The position numbers and the translations under genes are program-made. 64,000 bases of DNA from Betaproteobacteria bacterium (lineage in GTDB: Bacteria; Pseudomonadota; Gammaproteobacteria; Burkholderiales; SG8-39), in assembly GCA_037443705.1 (NCBI GenBank), contig JBBINV010000009.1, forward strand, positions 8,561 through 72,560, written 5' to 3'. This document shows positions 25,557-35,097 of this stretch, one piece after another; position 1 is the stretch's first letter, and the number at the start of each line of letters is the position of its first letter. The notes below the pieces were generated by a model. The model saw nothing but the letters and a program-made list of their open reading frames with translations, was not told the origin of the DNA and searched no databases.

Positions 25557-27394
25557 GCGGCTTTGTCTTTTCTGAGCGGCCGCACGTTCAGCGCGGCTAC
25601 GATCTGCGCGATCTCGCGCGCGATGAAGCGCGCGGTGATCGGCGTGCCGTCGTAGTGCAGCACCGAGATGAGCGAGGCGGGGTTGATGCCGGCGTCGTTG
25701 ACCAGCAGCGTCTTCAGCTGCGCATCGCGGTTTTGCTCCACGACGAACACCTTGGAGTGCGAGGCGACGAAGTCGAAGATTTCGTCCTGGAACGGGAAGC
25801 CGCGGACCCGGAGCGCATTTACATGAATCTCCTGGTTTGAAAGAGATTCCAAGGCTTCATGCATGGCCGGGCTCGTCGAGCCGTAATAGATGCAGCCGAA
25901 GCGCGCCGGGTACTTGGCGGGCGTGAGGACGGGCCTGGGGACGAGCGTTTTCGCGGTCTCGAATTTCTTTTGCAGCCGCTGCATGTTGTAGACGTAGTCG
26001 GGCCCGGCCTCGGAGTAGGTGGCGTAGGCATTCTTGCTCGTGCCGCGCGTGAAATAGGCGCCGCGCTTCGCATGCGTGCCGGGATAGGTGCGGTAGGGGA
26101 TGCCGTCGCCGTCCACGTCGAGGTAGCGCCCGAACTCCCTGCCCTCCTCCAGCTCTTGCGCGGTCATCACCTTGCCGCGGTCGTACGTGCGCGAGTCGTC
26201 CCATTTGAAGGGAGCTGTAAGGCGCTGGTTCATGCCGATGTCCAGATCGGTCATGACGAAGATCGGCGTCTGCAGGCGCTCCGCGAGGTCGAGCGCCTGC
26301 GCGGCAAACTCGAAGCACTCGTTCGGATCCTCGGGGAAGAGGAGCACGTGCCTGGTGTCGCCGTGCGAGGCGTAGGCACAGGCGAGGACGTCCGACTGCT
26401 GCGTGCGCGTGGGCATCCCGGTGGATGGCCCGCCGCGCTGCACGTCGATGATCGTCACCGGAATCTCGGCGAAGTACGCGAGGCCGATGAACTCGCTCAT
26501 GAGCGAGATCCCCGGGCCCGAGGTGGCGGTGAAGGCGCGCGCGCCGTTCCAGCCCGCGCCCACCACGATCCCCACCGAGGCCAGCTCGTCCTCGGCCTGG
26601 ATGATGGCGAACTTGTTCTTGCCGGTTTCCTTATCGACTCTCAGGCGAGAGCAATACCTTTGAAAGGCTTCGGCCAATGACGACGAAGGCGTGATCGGGT
26701 ACCAGGCGCAGACGGTGGCGCCGCCGTACACGCACCCGAGCGCCGCGGCGGAGTTGCCGTCGATGAAGATCCTGTCGCCCACCGCGTAGGCGCGCCTCGC
26801 CTTCAGGCCGCACGCGTCCTTGAGGTTCTCCTTGGCGAAGTTGAGGCCCATCTGGAGCGCGTTGAGATTCGGCTTGAGGAGCTTCTCCTTTCCCTTGTAC
26901 TGCTCGCCGATCAGCTCGGCGATCACGCCCGGCTCCATGTCGAGCAGCGCGGCGAGCGCGCCCACGTAGATGATGTTCTTGAAAAGCTGGCGCTCGCGCG
27001 AGTCGGTGTAGCTGGCGTTGCAGATGTCCGTCAGCGGCATGCCGATCACGTGGATGTCGTCGCGGAACTTCGACTTCGGCAGCACCTTGGTGTTGTCGTA
27101 GAAGAGGTACCCGCCCGGCTCGATCTCCTTCAGGTCCGAGTCCCAGGTCTGCGGGTTCATCGCGACCATGAGGTCCACGCCGCCGCGCCGGCCGAGCCAG
27201 CCCTTCTCGGTCACTCTGACTTCATACCAGGTGGGCAGCCCCTGGATGTTCGAGGGGAAGATGTTGCGCGGGCTGACCGGAATGCCCATGCGCAGGAAGC
27301 TCTTCGCGAAGAGCTCGTTCGCCGAGGCCGACCCGGAGCCGTTCACGTTCGCGAACTTGACGACGAAATCGTTGACCGCTTCGATCCGCTTCAT
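25553..27394 (-). CDS. korA: 2-oxoacid:acceptor oxidoreductase alpha subunit
   Basis: WYPITPSS, QAEDE, TATSGPG, QRGGPSTGMPT. Confidence 0.92.
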   Translation of the reverse strand: MKRIEAVNDFVVKFANVNGSGSASANELFAKSFLRMGIPVSPRNIFPSNIQGLPTWYEVRVTEKGWLGRRGGVDLMVAMNPQTWDSDLKEIEPGGYLFYDNTKVLPKSKFRDDIHVIGMPLTDICNASYTDSRERQLFKNIIYVGALAALLDMEPGVIAELIGEQYKGKEKLLKPNLNALQMGLNFAKENLKDACGLKARRAYAVGDRIFIDGNSAAALGCVYGGATVCAWYPITPSSSLAEAFQRYCSRLRVDKETGKNKFAIIQAEDELASVGIVVGAGWNGARAFTATSGPGISLMSEFIGLAYFAEIPVTIIDVQRGGPSTGMPTRTQQSDVLACAYASHGDTRHVLLFPEDPNECFEFAAQALDLAERLQTPIFVMTDLDIGMNQRLTAPFKWDDSRTYDRGKVMTAQELEEGREFGRYLDVDGDGIPYRTYPGTHAKRGAYFTRGTSKNAYATYSEAGPDYVYNMQRLQKKFETAKTLVPRPVLTPAKYPARFGCIYYGSTSPAMHEALESLSNQEIHVNALRVRGFPFQDEIFDFVASHSKVFVVEQNRDAQLKTLLVNDAGINPASLISVLHYDGTPITARFIAREIAQIVAALNVRPLRKDKAA

Positions 27395-29214
27395 GCCGCT
27401 TTCCTCGTTTTCTCGTGGGTCCGGCAGCCGGGGCCGGCGTGGGTCAGCTCGAGGAGGAACTTCTGCATGTCCCAGGCTCCGGTGGGGCAGCGCTCGGCGC
27501 ACAGGCCGCAGTGAAGGCACACGTCCTCGTCCTTTACCATGACGCGCGTGGTTTTCAGGGGACCGGAGACGTAGAGTTCCTGGCTCCTGTTCGTCGCAGG
27601 AGCGGAAAGGCTCTTTCTCAGGACTTCTTCCTCGGCGTTCCGAGTGAACGTGATGCAGTCCATCGGGCAGATGTCGGCGCAGGCGTCGCACTCGATGCAG
27701 AGCCTGGCGGTGAACACGGTCTGCACGTCGCAGTTGAGGCAGCGCTGCGCCTCCTTCCACGCCGTGGCGGCATCGAAGCCGAGCTCGACCTCCATTTTCA
27801 CGTTCTTCAGCGTCGCCTTCACGTCCGCCCAGGGCACCTTGTAGCGCGCGTCCCCCGCGATCTCGTTGTCGTAGCTCCACTCATGGATGCCCATCTTCTG
27901 CGAGAGAAGCGAGACACCCGGGGCGGGGCGTTCCCCGATGTTCTCGTCGTTCAGGAGCTTGTCGATCGAAACCGCGGCGTCGTGGCCGTGCGCCACCGCC
28001 CAGATGATGTTCTTCGGCCCGAACGCCGCGTCGCCGCCGAAGAAAACGTGCTTTTGAGACGACTGGAGAGTGGTCCGGTCCAGGAGGGGCAGACCGTACC
28101 TGTCGAACTCGATCCCGGAATCCCTCTCGATCCAGGGAAACGCGTTCTCCTGACCCACCGCGACGAGCACGTCGTCGCACTCGAAGCTCTGGTCGGGCTC
28201 TCCGGTTCTTACGAGATCCCGTTTCCCGCGGGAGTCGTAGACGGCCTTCACCTTCTCGAAGGTCATCCCGACCAGCTTTCCATCCTTCAGGTCGAACGAT
28301 TTCGGAACCAGGTAGTTCAGGATCGGAATGCCCTCGTGCTGGGCGTCTTCCTTTTCCCACGGGCTCGCCTTCATCTCCTCGAACCCGGAGCGCACGATCA
28401 CCTTCACATCCTCGCCGCCGAGGCGCCGGCTGGTGCGGCAGCAGTCCATCGCGGTGTTGCCGCCGCCGAGCACGATCACGCGCTTGCCGATCTCCGCGGT
28501 GTGGCCGAAGGAGACGGAAGCGAGCCAGTCGATCCCGATGTGGATGTTCTTCGCGGCTTCTTTTCTCCCGGGGATATTCAGATCCCTTCCTCTCGGGGCC
28601 CCGGTCCCTACGAAGATCGCGTCCCAGCCCTCGGAGAGGAGGGCTTTCATCGACTCCACCTTCCGTTGAACGAAGGAAACACCCAGGTCCAGGACGTAGC
28701 CCACCTCCTCGTCGATGACTTCCAGCGGCAGGCGGAACCTCGGGATCTGCGACCAGATCATGCCGCCGGCGCGCGGGTCCTGGTCGAACACCGTGACCTC
28801 GTAGCCGAGCGGCGCGAGATCGCGCGCCACCGTGAGCGAGGCGGGGCCTGCGCCCACGCAGGCGATCTTTTTCCCGTTCTTTTTCTTCGCGGGTCTGGGG
28901 AGTTTGTCCCGCACATCCGCTTTCAGGTCGGCGGCCACGCGCTTCAAGCGGCAGATCGCTACCGGCTCGGGGCGCGCCTGGTTCGCCTGCTCGACGCGCC
29001 CGCGTCGGCAGGCGGGCTCGCACGGCCGGTCGCAGGTGCGCCCGAGGATTCCGGGAAAGACGTTCGACTGCCAGTTCACCATGTAGGCGTCGGAATAGCG
29101 CCCCGCGGCGATCAGGCGGATGTATTCGGGAACGGGAGTGTGGGCGGGGCACGCCCACTGGCAATCGACGACTTTGTGGAAGTAGTCGGGGTTCCGGATG
29201 TCAGTGGGCTGCAA
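27391..29214 (-). CDS. FAD/Fe-S oxidoreductase, GltD-like with C-terminal ferredoxin domain
   Basis: CQWACP, GRTCDRPCE, VGAGPA, GGGNTAMDC, CIECDAC..CP, CLHCGLC..CP; TTG start. Confidence 0.9.
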   Translation of the reverse strand: MQPTDIRNPDYFHKVVDCQWACPAHTPVPEYIRLIAAGRYSDAYMVNWQSNVFPGILGRTCDRPCEPACRRGRVEQANQARPEPVAICRLKRVAADLKADVRDKLPRPAKKKNGKKIACVGAGPASLTVARDLAPLGYEVTVFDQDPRAGGMIWSQIPRFRLPLEVIDEEVGYVLDLGVSFVQRKVESMKALLSEGWDAIFVGTGAPRGRDLNIPGRKEAAKNIHIGIDWLASVSFGHTAEIGKRVIVLGGGNTAMDCCRTSRRLGGEDVKVIVRSGFEEMKASPWEKEDAQHEGIPILNYLVPKSFDLKDGKLVGMTFEKVKAVYDSRGKRDLVRTGEPDQSFECDDVLVAVGQENAFPWIERDSGIEFDRYGLPLLDRTTLQSSQKHVFFGGDAAFGPKNIIWAVAHGHDAAVSIDKLLNDENIGERPAPGVSLLSQKMGIHEWSYDNEIAGDARYKVPWADVKATLKNVKMEVELGFDAATAWKEAQRCLNCDVQTVFTARLCIECDACADICPMDCITFTRNAEEEVLRKSLSAPATNRSQELYVSGPLKTTRVMVKDEDVCLHCGLCAERCPTGAWDMQKFLLELTHAGPGCRTHEKTRKAA

Positions 29215-29339
29215 CGACTTGCTCCTCGAGGGTACGCGGGGCCATCAGAAATCTGAATAAAGGTATGACCGCGCAGTTTACTCCGGGTGTCCACCCGGGG
29301 AAAGGCTTTGTTTTCAAAACCCTAGGGCTTTTGCGCGGC

Positions 29340-29757
29340 TCCGGCGACGCCGCGGTGATCGTCCAGCGCCTGAAACAGCGTCGCGCAGTGGTTCACCCGC
29401 CCCTCGGCGTCGCGCATCGCGTATCGCGCTCACGCTGCGCCACTCGCGGCTGGCGGTGCCGTTGTTGCGCCGGCCCCGGGCGGTACCGCTCCAGTGGCCC
29501 GAACATTCGGCACCGGCGTACATCCCGGCGTAGAAGGCGTCGGGCTGGAGGCCCGAGCCGAAATCCGTTTCGGACGAGCCGATCACTTCACTCGCACCGT
29601 ACCCGCTGATGCGGCGGAAGGCGTGCGCCGCGAGCTCGAACTCCTCCTCGCGTGCGTGCAGCTGTGCAGCCCGACCACCGCAAAGCTGCAGGCGAACGAA
29701 AACGCGCGCCCGGCGCAGTCGATCCGGGCGACCGGATGGATCCCCTGCCGTTCCATG
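29340..29757 (-). pseudogene. degenerate PAS-domain gene remnant
   Basis: AFRRISGYGASEVIG..FYAGM..GHWSG..RRNNG..EWRSVSAIRD resembles a PAS/PAC domain, broken by frameshifts. Confidence 0.5.
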
Positions 29758-29825
29758 GCCGTCGCCGCTTCCCCTGCGCTATCTTACGCTACAGGCTTAC
29801 ACCGCGCTGACAGGGAGGATCGGCA

Positions 29826-30590
29826 ATGGGCGTTCGAACGGAACTGGAAGAGCGCGGCGGCGCGCTGGTGGCGCGCCTCACGCTCGACAACCCGAAGAAG
29901 CTCAACATCCTGCGGCGAACCGCGCTCGTGAAGATCGTGGAAGCGATGCGCGAGATCGAGCTCAACGCGCGCGTGCGCGCCGTCGTGCTCACGGGCGCGG
30001 GCGAGCGCGCGTTCGCGGGCGGCGCGGACGTCGCCGAGCTCGCGGCGCTCAATCCGGCGAGCGCGCGCGACTACATCGCGCTCGTGCACGAGGCATGCGA
30101 GGCGATGCGCGAGTGCGCGCTGCCCGTGATCGCGCGCATCAGCGGCTGGTGCCTGGGGGCGGGGCTGGAGCTCGCCGCCTCGTGCGATCTGCGCATCGCC
30201 GCCTCCACCGCGCGCTTCGGCATGCCCGAGGTGCGGCTCGGCATTCCCTCGGTGGTGGAAGCGGCGCTGATCCCGCGGCTCACGGGTGCCGGGCGCGCGC
30301 GCTGGCTCGTGATGACTGGCGAGACGATCGGCGCGCACGAGGCGCTCGAGTGGGGCCTGGTGGAAAAGGTCTTCGAGGAAAAAGATATGGATAACGGAGT
30401 CAACCAGACCCTCGACGCGATCCTCGCCGGCGACGCGGGAGCGATGAGCGCGCAGAAGCGCCTGTGCAAGCTCTGGGAGGAGGCGCCGCTCGAAGCCGCG
30501 GTGCGCGCGAGCATCGACGAGTTCGCGCGCGCCTACGAGTCCGGCGAGCCGGCGCGGCGCATCGAGGCTTTCCGACGGCGCAAGAAATGA
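29826..30590 (+). CDS. enoyl-CoA hydratase/isomerase family protein
   Basis: AFAGGADV, CLGAGLE, FGMPEVRLGIPSVVEAAL. Confidence 0.92.
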   Translation: MGVRTELEERGGALVARLTLDNPKKLNILRRTALVKIVEAMREIELNARVRAVVLTGAGERAFAGGADVAELAALNPASARDYIALVHEACEAMRECALPVIARISGWCLGAGLELAASCDLRIAASTARFGMPEVRLGIPSVVEAALIPRLTGAGRARWLVMTGETIGAHEALEWGLVEKVFEEKDMDNGVNQTLDAILAGDAGAMSAQKRLCKLWEEAPLEAAVRASIDEFARAYESGEPARRIEAFRRRKK

Positions 30591-30591
30591 T

Positions 30592-31266
30592 TCATTTCGC
30601 GTCGCCCTGCCAAGCGCACCCCAAGAGCTTCCGGCCGTCGAGATCGGCGAGGGCGCGCAGCGTCGTGAGCCCGAGCAGCGGATCGCGGCAGCGCTCCGCG
30701 CGGACCGTGACGTGCAGGACCGATTTTCCGGTAGAGGCTTCAAGCGACCAGCCCGTGTCCTTCACGCTCCACGTGCCGGAAGCAAACCTCATCGGAGTCG
30801 CGCCGCCGCGCGTTCGGATGAACACCCCGTCCTCGCGCGCCTCGAGCTGCCAGAGCGGATCCGATCCTTGCGCGCGAAGCCGCACGCGCTCGAGGTCCTC
30901 GCGGCAGCCGGGCCCCTCGGCGCTGGCGCGCACGAGGCGCTCCGCCATCAGGGTTTTCGCTTCGAGCCTTCCCTGCAATTCGACGAAGATCGCCCGGCCG
31001 GGCCGCTGCGCGATCTCACGATAGACCGCCTCGAGGTCGCGCTCGGGCGTGCGGTCCGCCACCGCGAGCCGCTCGCCGCTGCGGCAGGGGCTCATCTGCA
31101 GGCCGTGCTTTCCGGCGACGAAGTTGCCGCGCCAGGTCTGCGCCTGCGCCGCGAGGCACGCCGCGAGCAGCGCGATCGCTACGACTGCCTGAATGACAGC
31201 AGCTCCCGGCGCTGCGCGCTCACCACGCGCGCCGGGCCCTTGGGCGGCACGAGGCGGCGCGTCCAT
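30592..31266 (-). CDS. exported hypothetical protein (COG3650-like), start uncertain
   Basis: signal-like VVAIALLAACLAAQA, RAQGSDPLW, ERCRD, GCA; nearest in-frame ATG lies in the caspase-like remnant. Confidence 0.55.
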   Translation of the reverse strand: MDAPPRAAQGPGARGERAAPGAAVIQAVVAIALLAACLAAQAQTWRGNFVAGKHGLQMSPCRSGERLAVADRTPERDLEAVYREIAQRPGRAIFVELQGRLEAKTLMAERLVRASAEGPGCREDLERVRLRAQGSDPLWQLEAREDGVFIRTRGGATPMRFASGTWSVKDTGWSLEASTGKSVLHVTVRAERCRDPLLGLTTLRALADLDGRKLLGCAWQGDAK

Positions 31267-31400
31267 CTGCGAGAGGCCCTTCGGCGCGTCGCGGAAGTCG
31301 CGCGCGAACGGGTTGTCGCGGCAGGCGTCCAGGAAGATCAGATTCGTAGCTCCGGATCGACGCGAGCGTATCGTCCTCTCGCCAATCGAGGCCCTGCGTC
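31252..31400 (-). pseudogene. caspase (C14) family fragment
   Basis: NLIFLDACRDNPF..KGLSQMDAP. Confidence 0.6.
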
Positions 31401-31632
31401 GCCCCGAAGCGGATGTCCTTGAGCGTCCCGGCGATCCCCACGCGGAGGACTCTGCACCGCTTCCAAGGAAAAGGCTCTCCCCGGCCTCATCTACCCCATC
31501 CTGTCTAGCACGTTTGCGGGATGGACGGCGAAGGCGCGGCGCGCGACGCTTGGACCGCTGCGACAGCAGCGGCCCGCAGCGCGAAGCGGCGGGCATGGGA
31601 TGCGCAGATCCTCCTCCGCGCATCCGAGGCTT

Positions 31633-31670
31633 GTCCCCGGCGCGTGCCGCGACCGGGGATCTTTTTTTTC
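31633..31670. terminator. hairpin downstream of tRNA-Glu
   Basis: TCCCCGG..CCGGGGA stem; the T8 tract is on the plus strand. Confidence 0.5.
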
Positions 31671-31676
31671 CGTCCG

Positions 31677-31752
31677 TGGCGTCCCCATGGGGATTCGAAC
31701 CCCAGTTACCGCCGTGAAAGGGCGATGTCCTAGGCCTCTAGACGATGGGGAC
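31677..31752 (-). tRNA. tRNA-Glu(TTC)
   Basis: GTCCCCATCGTCTAGAGGCCTAGGAC..CTTTCAC..GGTTCGAATCC..CCA, 76 nt. Confidence 0.97.
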
Positions 31753-31756
31753 TCCG

Positions 31757-31831
31757 AAATGGGGTCAGACCCGACTTTTCGAGCCTATGTCGTCGTGCGG
31801 CGAGCCCGAAAAGTCGAGTCTGACCCCATTT
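31757..31831. repeat. family B palindrome in the tRNA spacer
   Basis: AAATGGGGTCAGACCCGACTTTTCG ... CGAAAAGTCGAGTCTGACCCCATTT. Confidence 0.88.
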
Positions 31832-31836
31832 GCATG

Positions 31837-31912
<76 letters not shown>

Positions 31913-31926
31913 ACGCAAGGGGGCGA

Positions 31927-31955
31927 ATTATAGCGGCAAGTCCCTGCAACCGCAA
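31927..31955 (-). promoter_or_regulatory. sigma70 promoter of the tRNA pair
   Basis: TTGCGG-17bp-TATAAT with GC-rich discriminator. Confidence 0.8.
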
Positions 31956-32077
31956 AGATTTTTCCCTTCTAGCCGCAGGGCCCGGCGCGGTACGCGCGGA
32001 TCGTGGAGCACATCGCGATGGCGATCCGAGCGCCCGCGCCGCCGGCGGGTGCGAAAATCGCGAGCGCGGCTCTCCTC

Positions 32078-33505
32078 TCAGTCGCCGCGCAGATGATGCG
32101 CAAGGCGCGCGAGCACCAGCTCGCGCCCGAGGAGCTCGAGCACCGCGTCGAGCGAAGGCGTCTGCGCGCGCCCGGTGACGAGCAGACGCACGGGCATCGC
32201 GAGCTCGGGCATCCTGAGCCCGCTCGCCTTCGCCACGGAGGAGACCGCGGCACCGAGCGCCTGCCGGCTCCATTCGCACGCGAGCAGTTTCGCCTCGAGC
32301 ATCTTGAGCGCGGGCCGCGTCTTCTCGTTCACCATTTCCGCAACCCGCTCCGGCGCCGGCGTCTCGTAGCGGTAGAAGAAGTGCGCGGCTTCCGCAAGAT
32401 GCGCGAGCGTGGTGGCGCGGTCCTTGAGCAGCGCAACGACCTTGGCCAGGTCCGGCCCGTTCTCGATGCTCACCCCGAGCTTTTTCAGTTCAGGCTCAAG
32501 CAGAACCGAAAGACGCTCGTCCGATGCCTGCTTCAGGTGCTGCTGGTTGAGCCAGGCGAGCTTCCCGGGATTGAATTGCGCCGCGGATTTCGAGACGTGC
32601 GCGAGATCGAACCACTCGACGAACTTCCCGATCGCGAAGCACTCGTCGTTGCCGTGCGACCAGCCCAGGCGCGCCAGGTAGTTGACGAGCGCCTCCGGCA
32701 GATATCCTTCGTCGCGGTACTGCGCGACGCTCACGGCACCGTGGCGCTTGGACAGGCGCTCGCCGTCGGCCCCGAGGATCATCGGCACGTGGGCGAATTG
32801 CGGAAGCTTCAGGCCTTTACCCCGATTTCCGCCCTTCAAAAGAGCCTCGAAAATATGGATCTGCCGCGGCGTGTTATTGACGTGGTCGTCGCCGCGGATG
32901 ACGTGCGTGATCGCCATGTCGAGGTCGTCCACGACCACGCCGAAGTTGTACGTGGGCACGCCGTCGGCACGCAGCAGCACGAGGTCGTCGAGCTCCGCGT
33001 TCGGGAACTCGATCGGGCCCTTCACGAGGTCGTTCCACCCCACCGTGCCCTCCTCGGGCGTGCGGAAGCGCACCACCGGCGCGCGATCGCCCGGCGGCAC
33101 GAGCCCCGCGGCCTTCGCGCGCTCGGGCCGCCAGCGTCCGTCGTAGCGGGGCTTGAGGCCCCTGGCCCTCTGAGTGGTCCGAAGCTCTTCAAGCTCCTCC
33201 TTCGTGGCCCAGCAGCGATAGGCGTGGCCCGACGCGATGAGCTGCTCGGCAACCTCGCGGTATCGATCGAGCCGCTTCATCTGGAAGAACGGGCCCTCGT
33301 CCCAGTCGAGGCCGAGCCATCGCAGGCTCTCCAGGATCGCACGCTCCGATTCCTGCGTGGAGCGCTCGAGGTCGGTGTCCTCGATGCGCAGGACGAATTT
33401 CCCGCCGTGCCGGCGCGCGTAGGCCCAGGAGAAAAGTGCGGTGCGCGCGCCGCCGATGTGAAGGTAGCCGGTCGGGCTGGGCGCGAAGCGGGTACGGACG
33501 CTCAT
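32078..33505 (-). CDS. gltX: glutamate--tRNA ligase
   Basis: RFAPSPTGYLHIGG, RIEDTD, RGDDH, RLSKRHG. Confidence 0.98.
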   Translation of the reverse strand: MSVRTRFAPSPTGYLHIGGARTALFSWAYARRHGGKFVLRIEDTDLERSTQESERAILESLRWLGLDWDEGPFFQMKRLDRYREVAEQLIASGHAYRCWATKEELEELRTTQRARGLKPRYDGRWRPERAKAAGLVPPGDRAPVVRFRTPEEGTVGWNDLVKGPIEFPNAELDDLVLLRADGVPTYNFGVVVDDLDMAITHVIRGDDHVNNTPRQIHIFEALLKGGNRGKGLKLPQFAHVPMILGADGERLSKRHGAVSVAQYRDEGYLPEALVNYLARLGWSHGNDECFAIGKFVEWFDLAHVSKSAAQFNPGKLAWLNQQHLKQASDERLSVLLEPELKKLGVSIENGPDLAKVVALLKDRATTLAHLAEAAHFFYRYETPAPERVAEMVNEKTRPALKMLEAKLLACEWSRQALGAAVSSVAKASGLRMPELAMPVRLLVTGRAQTPSLDAVLELLGRELVLARLAHHLRGD

Positions 33506-33567
33506 CGAGAGCCGGATTTTCTCACGGAGTGATAAGCTAGCGGTTCTTCAACAAGGAGGGGAACAGG

Positions 33568-34587
33568 ATGAGAATCGTTCGCTTGGCCGGCGTTGCCGCG
33601 CTCGCGGCGTGCGCACCGGCCGCCGCACAGGTCACGCTGAACGCCAGCTCCTGGGTGCCGCCCGCGCACCCGATCACCGCGACCATGCTCGTGCCGCTGT
33701 GCGACGACATCGCCAAGGCGACCGCGGGCCGCGTCAAGTGCAACGTGCTGCCGAAGGCGCCGGTGGCGCCGCCGCAGACCTTCGACGCGGTGAAGGACGG
33801 CGTGATCGACCTCTCGTACACGGTGCACGGCTACACGCCCGGGCGCTTTGCGCTGACCGACGCGCCCGAGTTCCCGTTTTCCAGCGGTGACAGCGCAGAG
33901 GTGACCTGCGTCGCCTGGCAGCGCATCTACGAGCGCATGCTCGCCAAGGTCGACGAGCACAAGGGCAATGTCACGCTCTCGGTGTTCACGCACGGCCCCG
34001 GCCAGATGTACAACACCAAGCGCGCGATCAACGCTCTCAAGGACCTCGAGGGCCTGAAGATCCGGATCGGCGGAGGACTGGTGAACGACATCACCAAGGC
34101 GCTCGGCGCAGTGCCGATGCTCAAGCCCGCGCCCGAATCCTACGAGCTGCTGTCCTCGGGCGTCGCCGACGGCGTGTTCTTCCCGAAGGAGTCGCCGCTC
34201 TCGTTCAAGCTGATTCCGCTGATCAAGCACGCCACCTACGTGCCCGGGGGCCTGTACAACGTGAGCTTCGTCTGGATCGCGAACCCGGCCAAGTGGAACT
34301 CGATCCCGGCGGCGGACCGCAAGCTGATCGAGCCGCTGCTCGGCGAGGCGCTCGCGCGCCGCTCGGGCAAGGCCTGGGACGCCGCCGACGCCAAGGGGGA
34401 GGCCGCGCTGCGCGAGGCCAAGGTCCCGATCGTGGTCGCGAGCCCGCAGATGATCGCCGAGATCAAGGCGAAGACCGCGCCGCTCGAGCAGCAGTGGATC
34501 GAAACCAAGGCGAAATCGAAGGGTGTTGACGGCGCCGCGGTGCTGAAGGCCCTGCGCGCCGAGATCGCGTCGCTACAGAAGAAGTAA
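33568..34587 (+). CDS. dctP: TRAP transporter substrate-binding protein
   Basis: signal peptide, HGYTPGRF, DLEGLKIR, ESYELLSSGVADG. Confidence 0.9.
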   Translation: MRIVRLAGVAALAACAPAAAQVTLNASSWVPPAHPITATMLVPLCDDIAKATAGRVKCNVLPKAPVAPPQTFDAVKDGVIDLSYTVHGYTPGRFALTDAPEFPFSSGDSAEVTCVAWQRIYERMLAKVDEHKGNVTLSVFTHGPGQMYNTKRAINALKDLEGLKIRIGGGLVNDITKALGAVPMLKPAPESYELLSSGVADGVFFPKESPLSFKLIPLIKHATYVPGGLYNVSFVWIANPAKWNSIPAADRKLIEPLLGEALARRSGKAWDAADAKGEAALREAKVPIVVASPQMIAEIKAKTAPLEQQWIETKAKSKGVDGAAVLKALRAEIASLQKK

Positions 34588-34592
34588 GGGCG

Positions 34593-35093
34593 TTGCGCGA
34601 GCCGTTGCAGCGGTTCGACCGCGCGGTCGAGCCCGCGCTGGGCTACGTCGCGGCGGCGGTGCTATTCGCGATGATGGTGCTCACCTGCGCGGACGTGATC
34701 GGGCGGTACTTCCTGAACGCGCCGATCTGGGGCGCGTTCGAGGTCACCGAGATGCTCCTCGCGGCGCTGATCTTCGCGGGGTTGCCGCTCGTCACGCTGC
34801 GCGGGGGCCACGTGACCGTGGACCTTTTCGACGCGGTAATCCCCGACTGGCTGCTCCGGATACAGCACATCGCGGCGTGCGTCATCGGGTTCGCCTGCAC
34901 CGCGTACCTCGCCTGGCGCCTGTGGCTGCGTGCCGACACGCTCTACGCGGCGGGCGAGACGACTGCGCAGCTGAAGCTCCGGCTCGCCTGGCTCTGCTAC
35001 GCGATGAGCGGGCTGATGGGACTGACCGCCGCCGCGCTCGCCGTGCTCGCCGCGCGCCGGCCGCACCGGCACGTCGCCGGATCGGAACAGTAG
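34593..35093 (+). CDS. dctQ: TRAP transporter small permease
   Basis: 4 TM, DVIGRY..APIWGAFE, HVTVD. Confidence 0.9.
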   Translation: MREPLQRFDRAVEPALGYVAAAVLFAMMVLTCADVIGRYFLNAPIWGAFEVTEMLLAALIFAGLPLVTLRGGHVTVDLFDAVIPDWLLRIQHIAACVIGFACTAYLAWRLWLRADTLYAAGETTAQLKLRLAWLCYAMSGLMGLTAAALAVLAARRPHRHVAGSEQ

Positions 35094-35097
35094 CCCG

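Noticed and set aside
31757-31831. Third tRNA or structured ncRNA between the tRNAs
   Set aside because: No cloverleaf; it is a copy of the dispersed family B palindrome
31969-32253. Small hydrophobic ORF between gltX and the tRNA promoter
   Set aside because: Mostly overlaps gltX in another frame and has no RBS or recognisable motif
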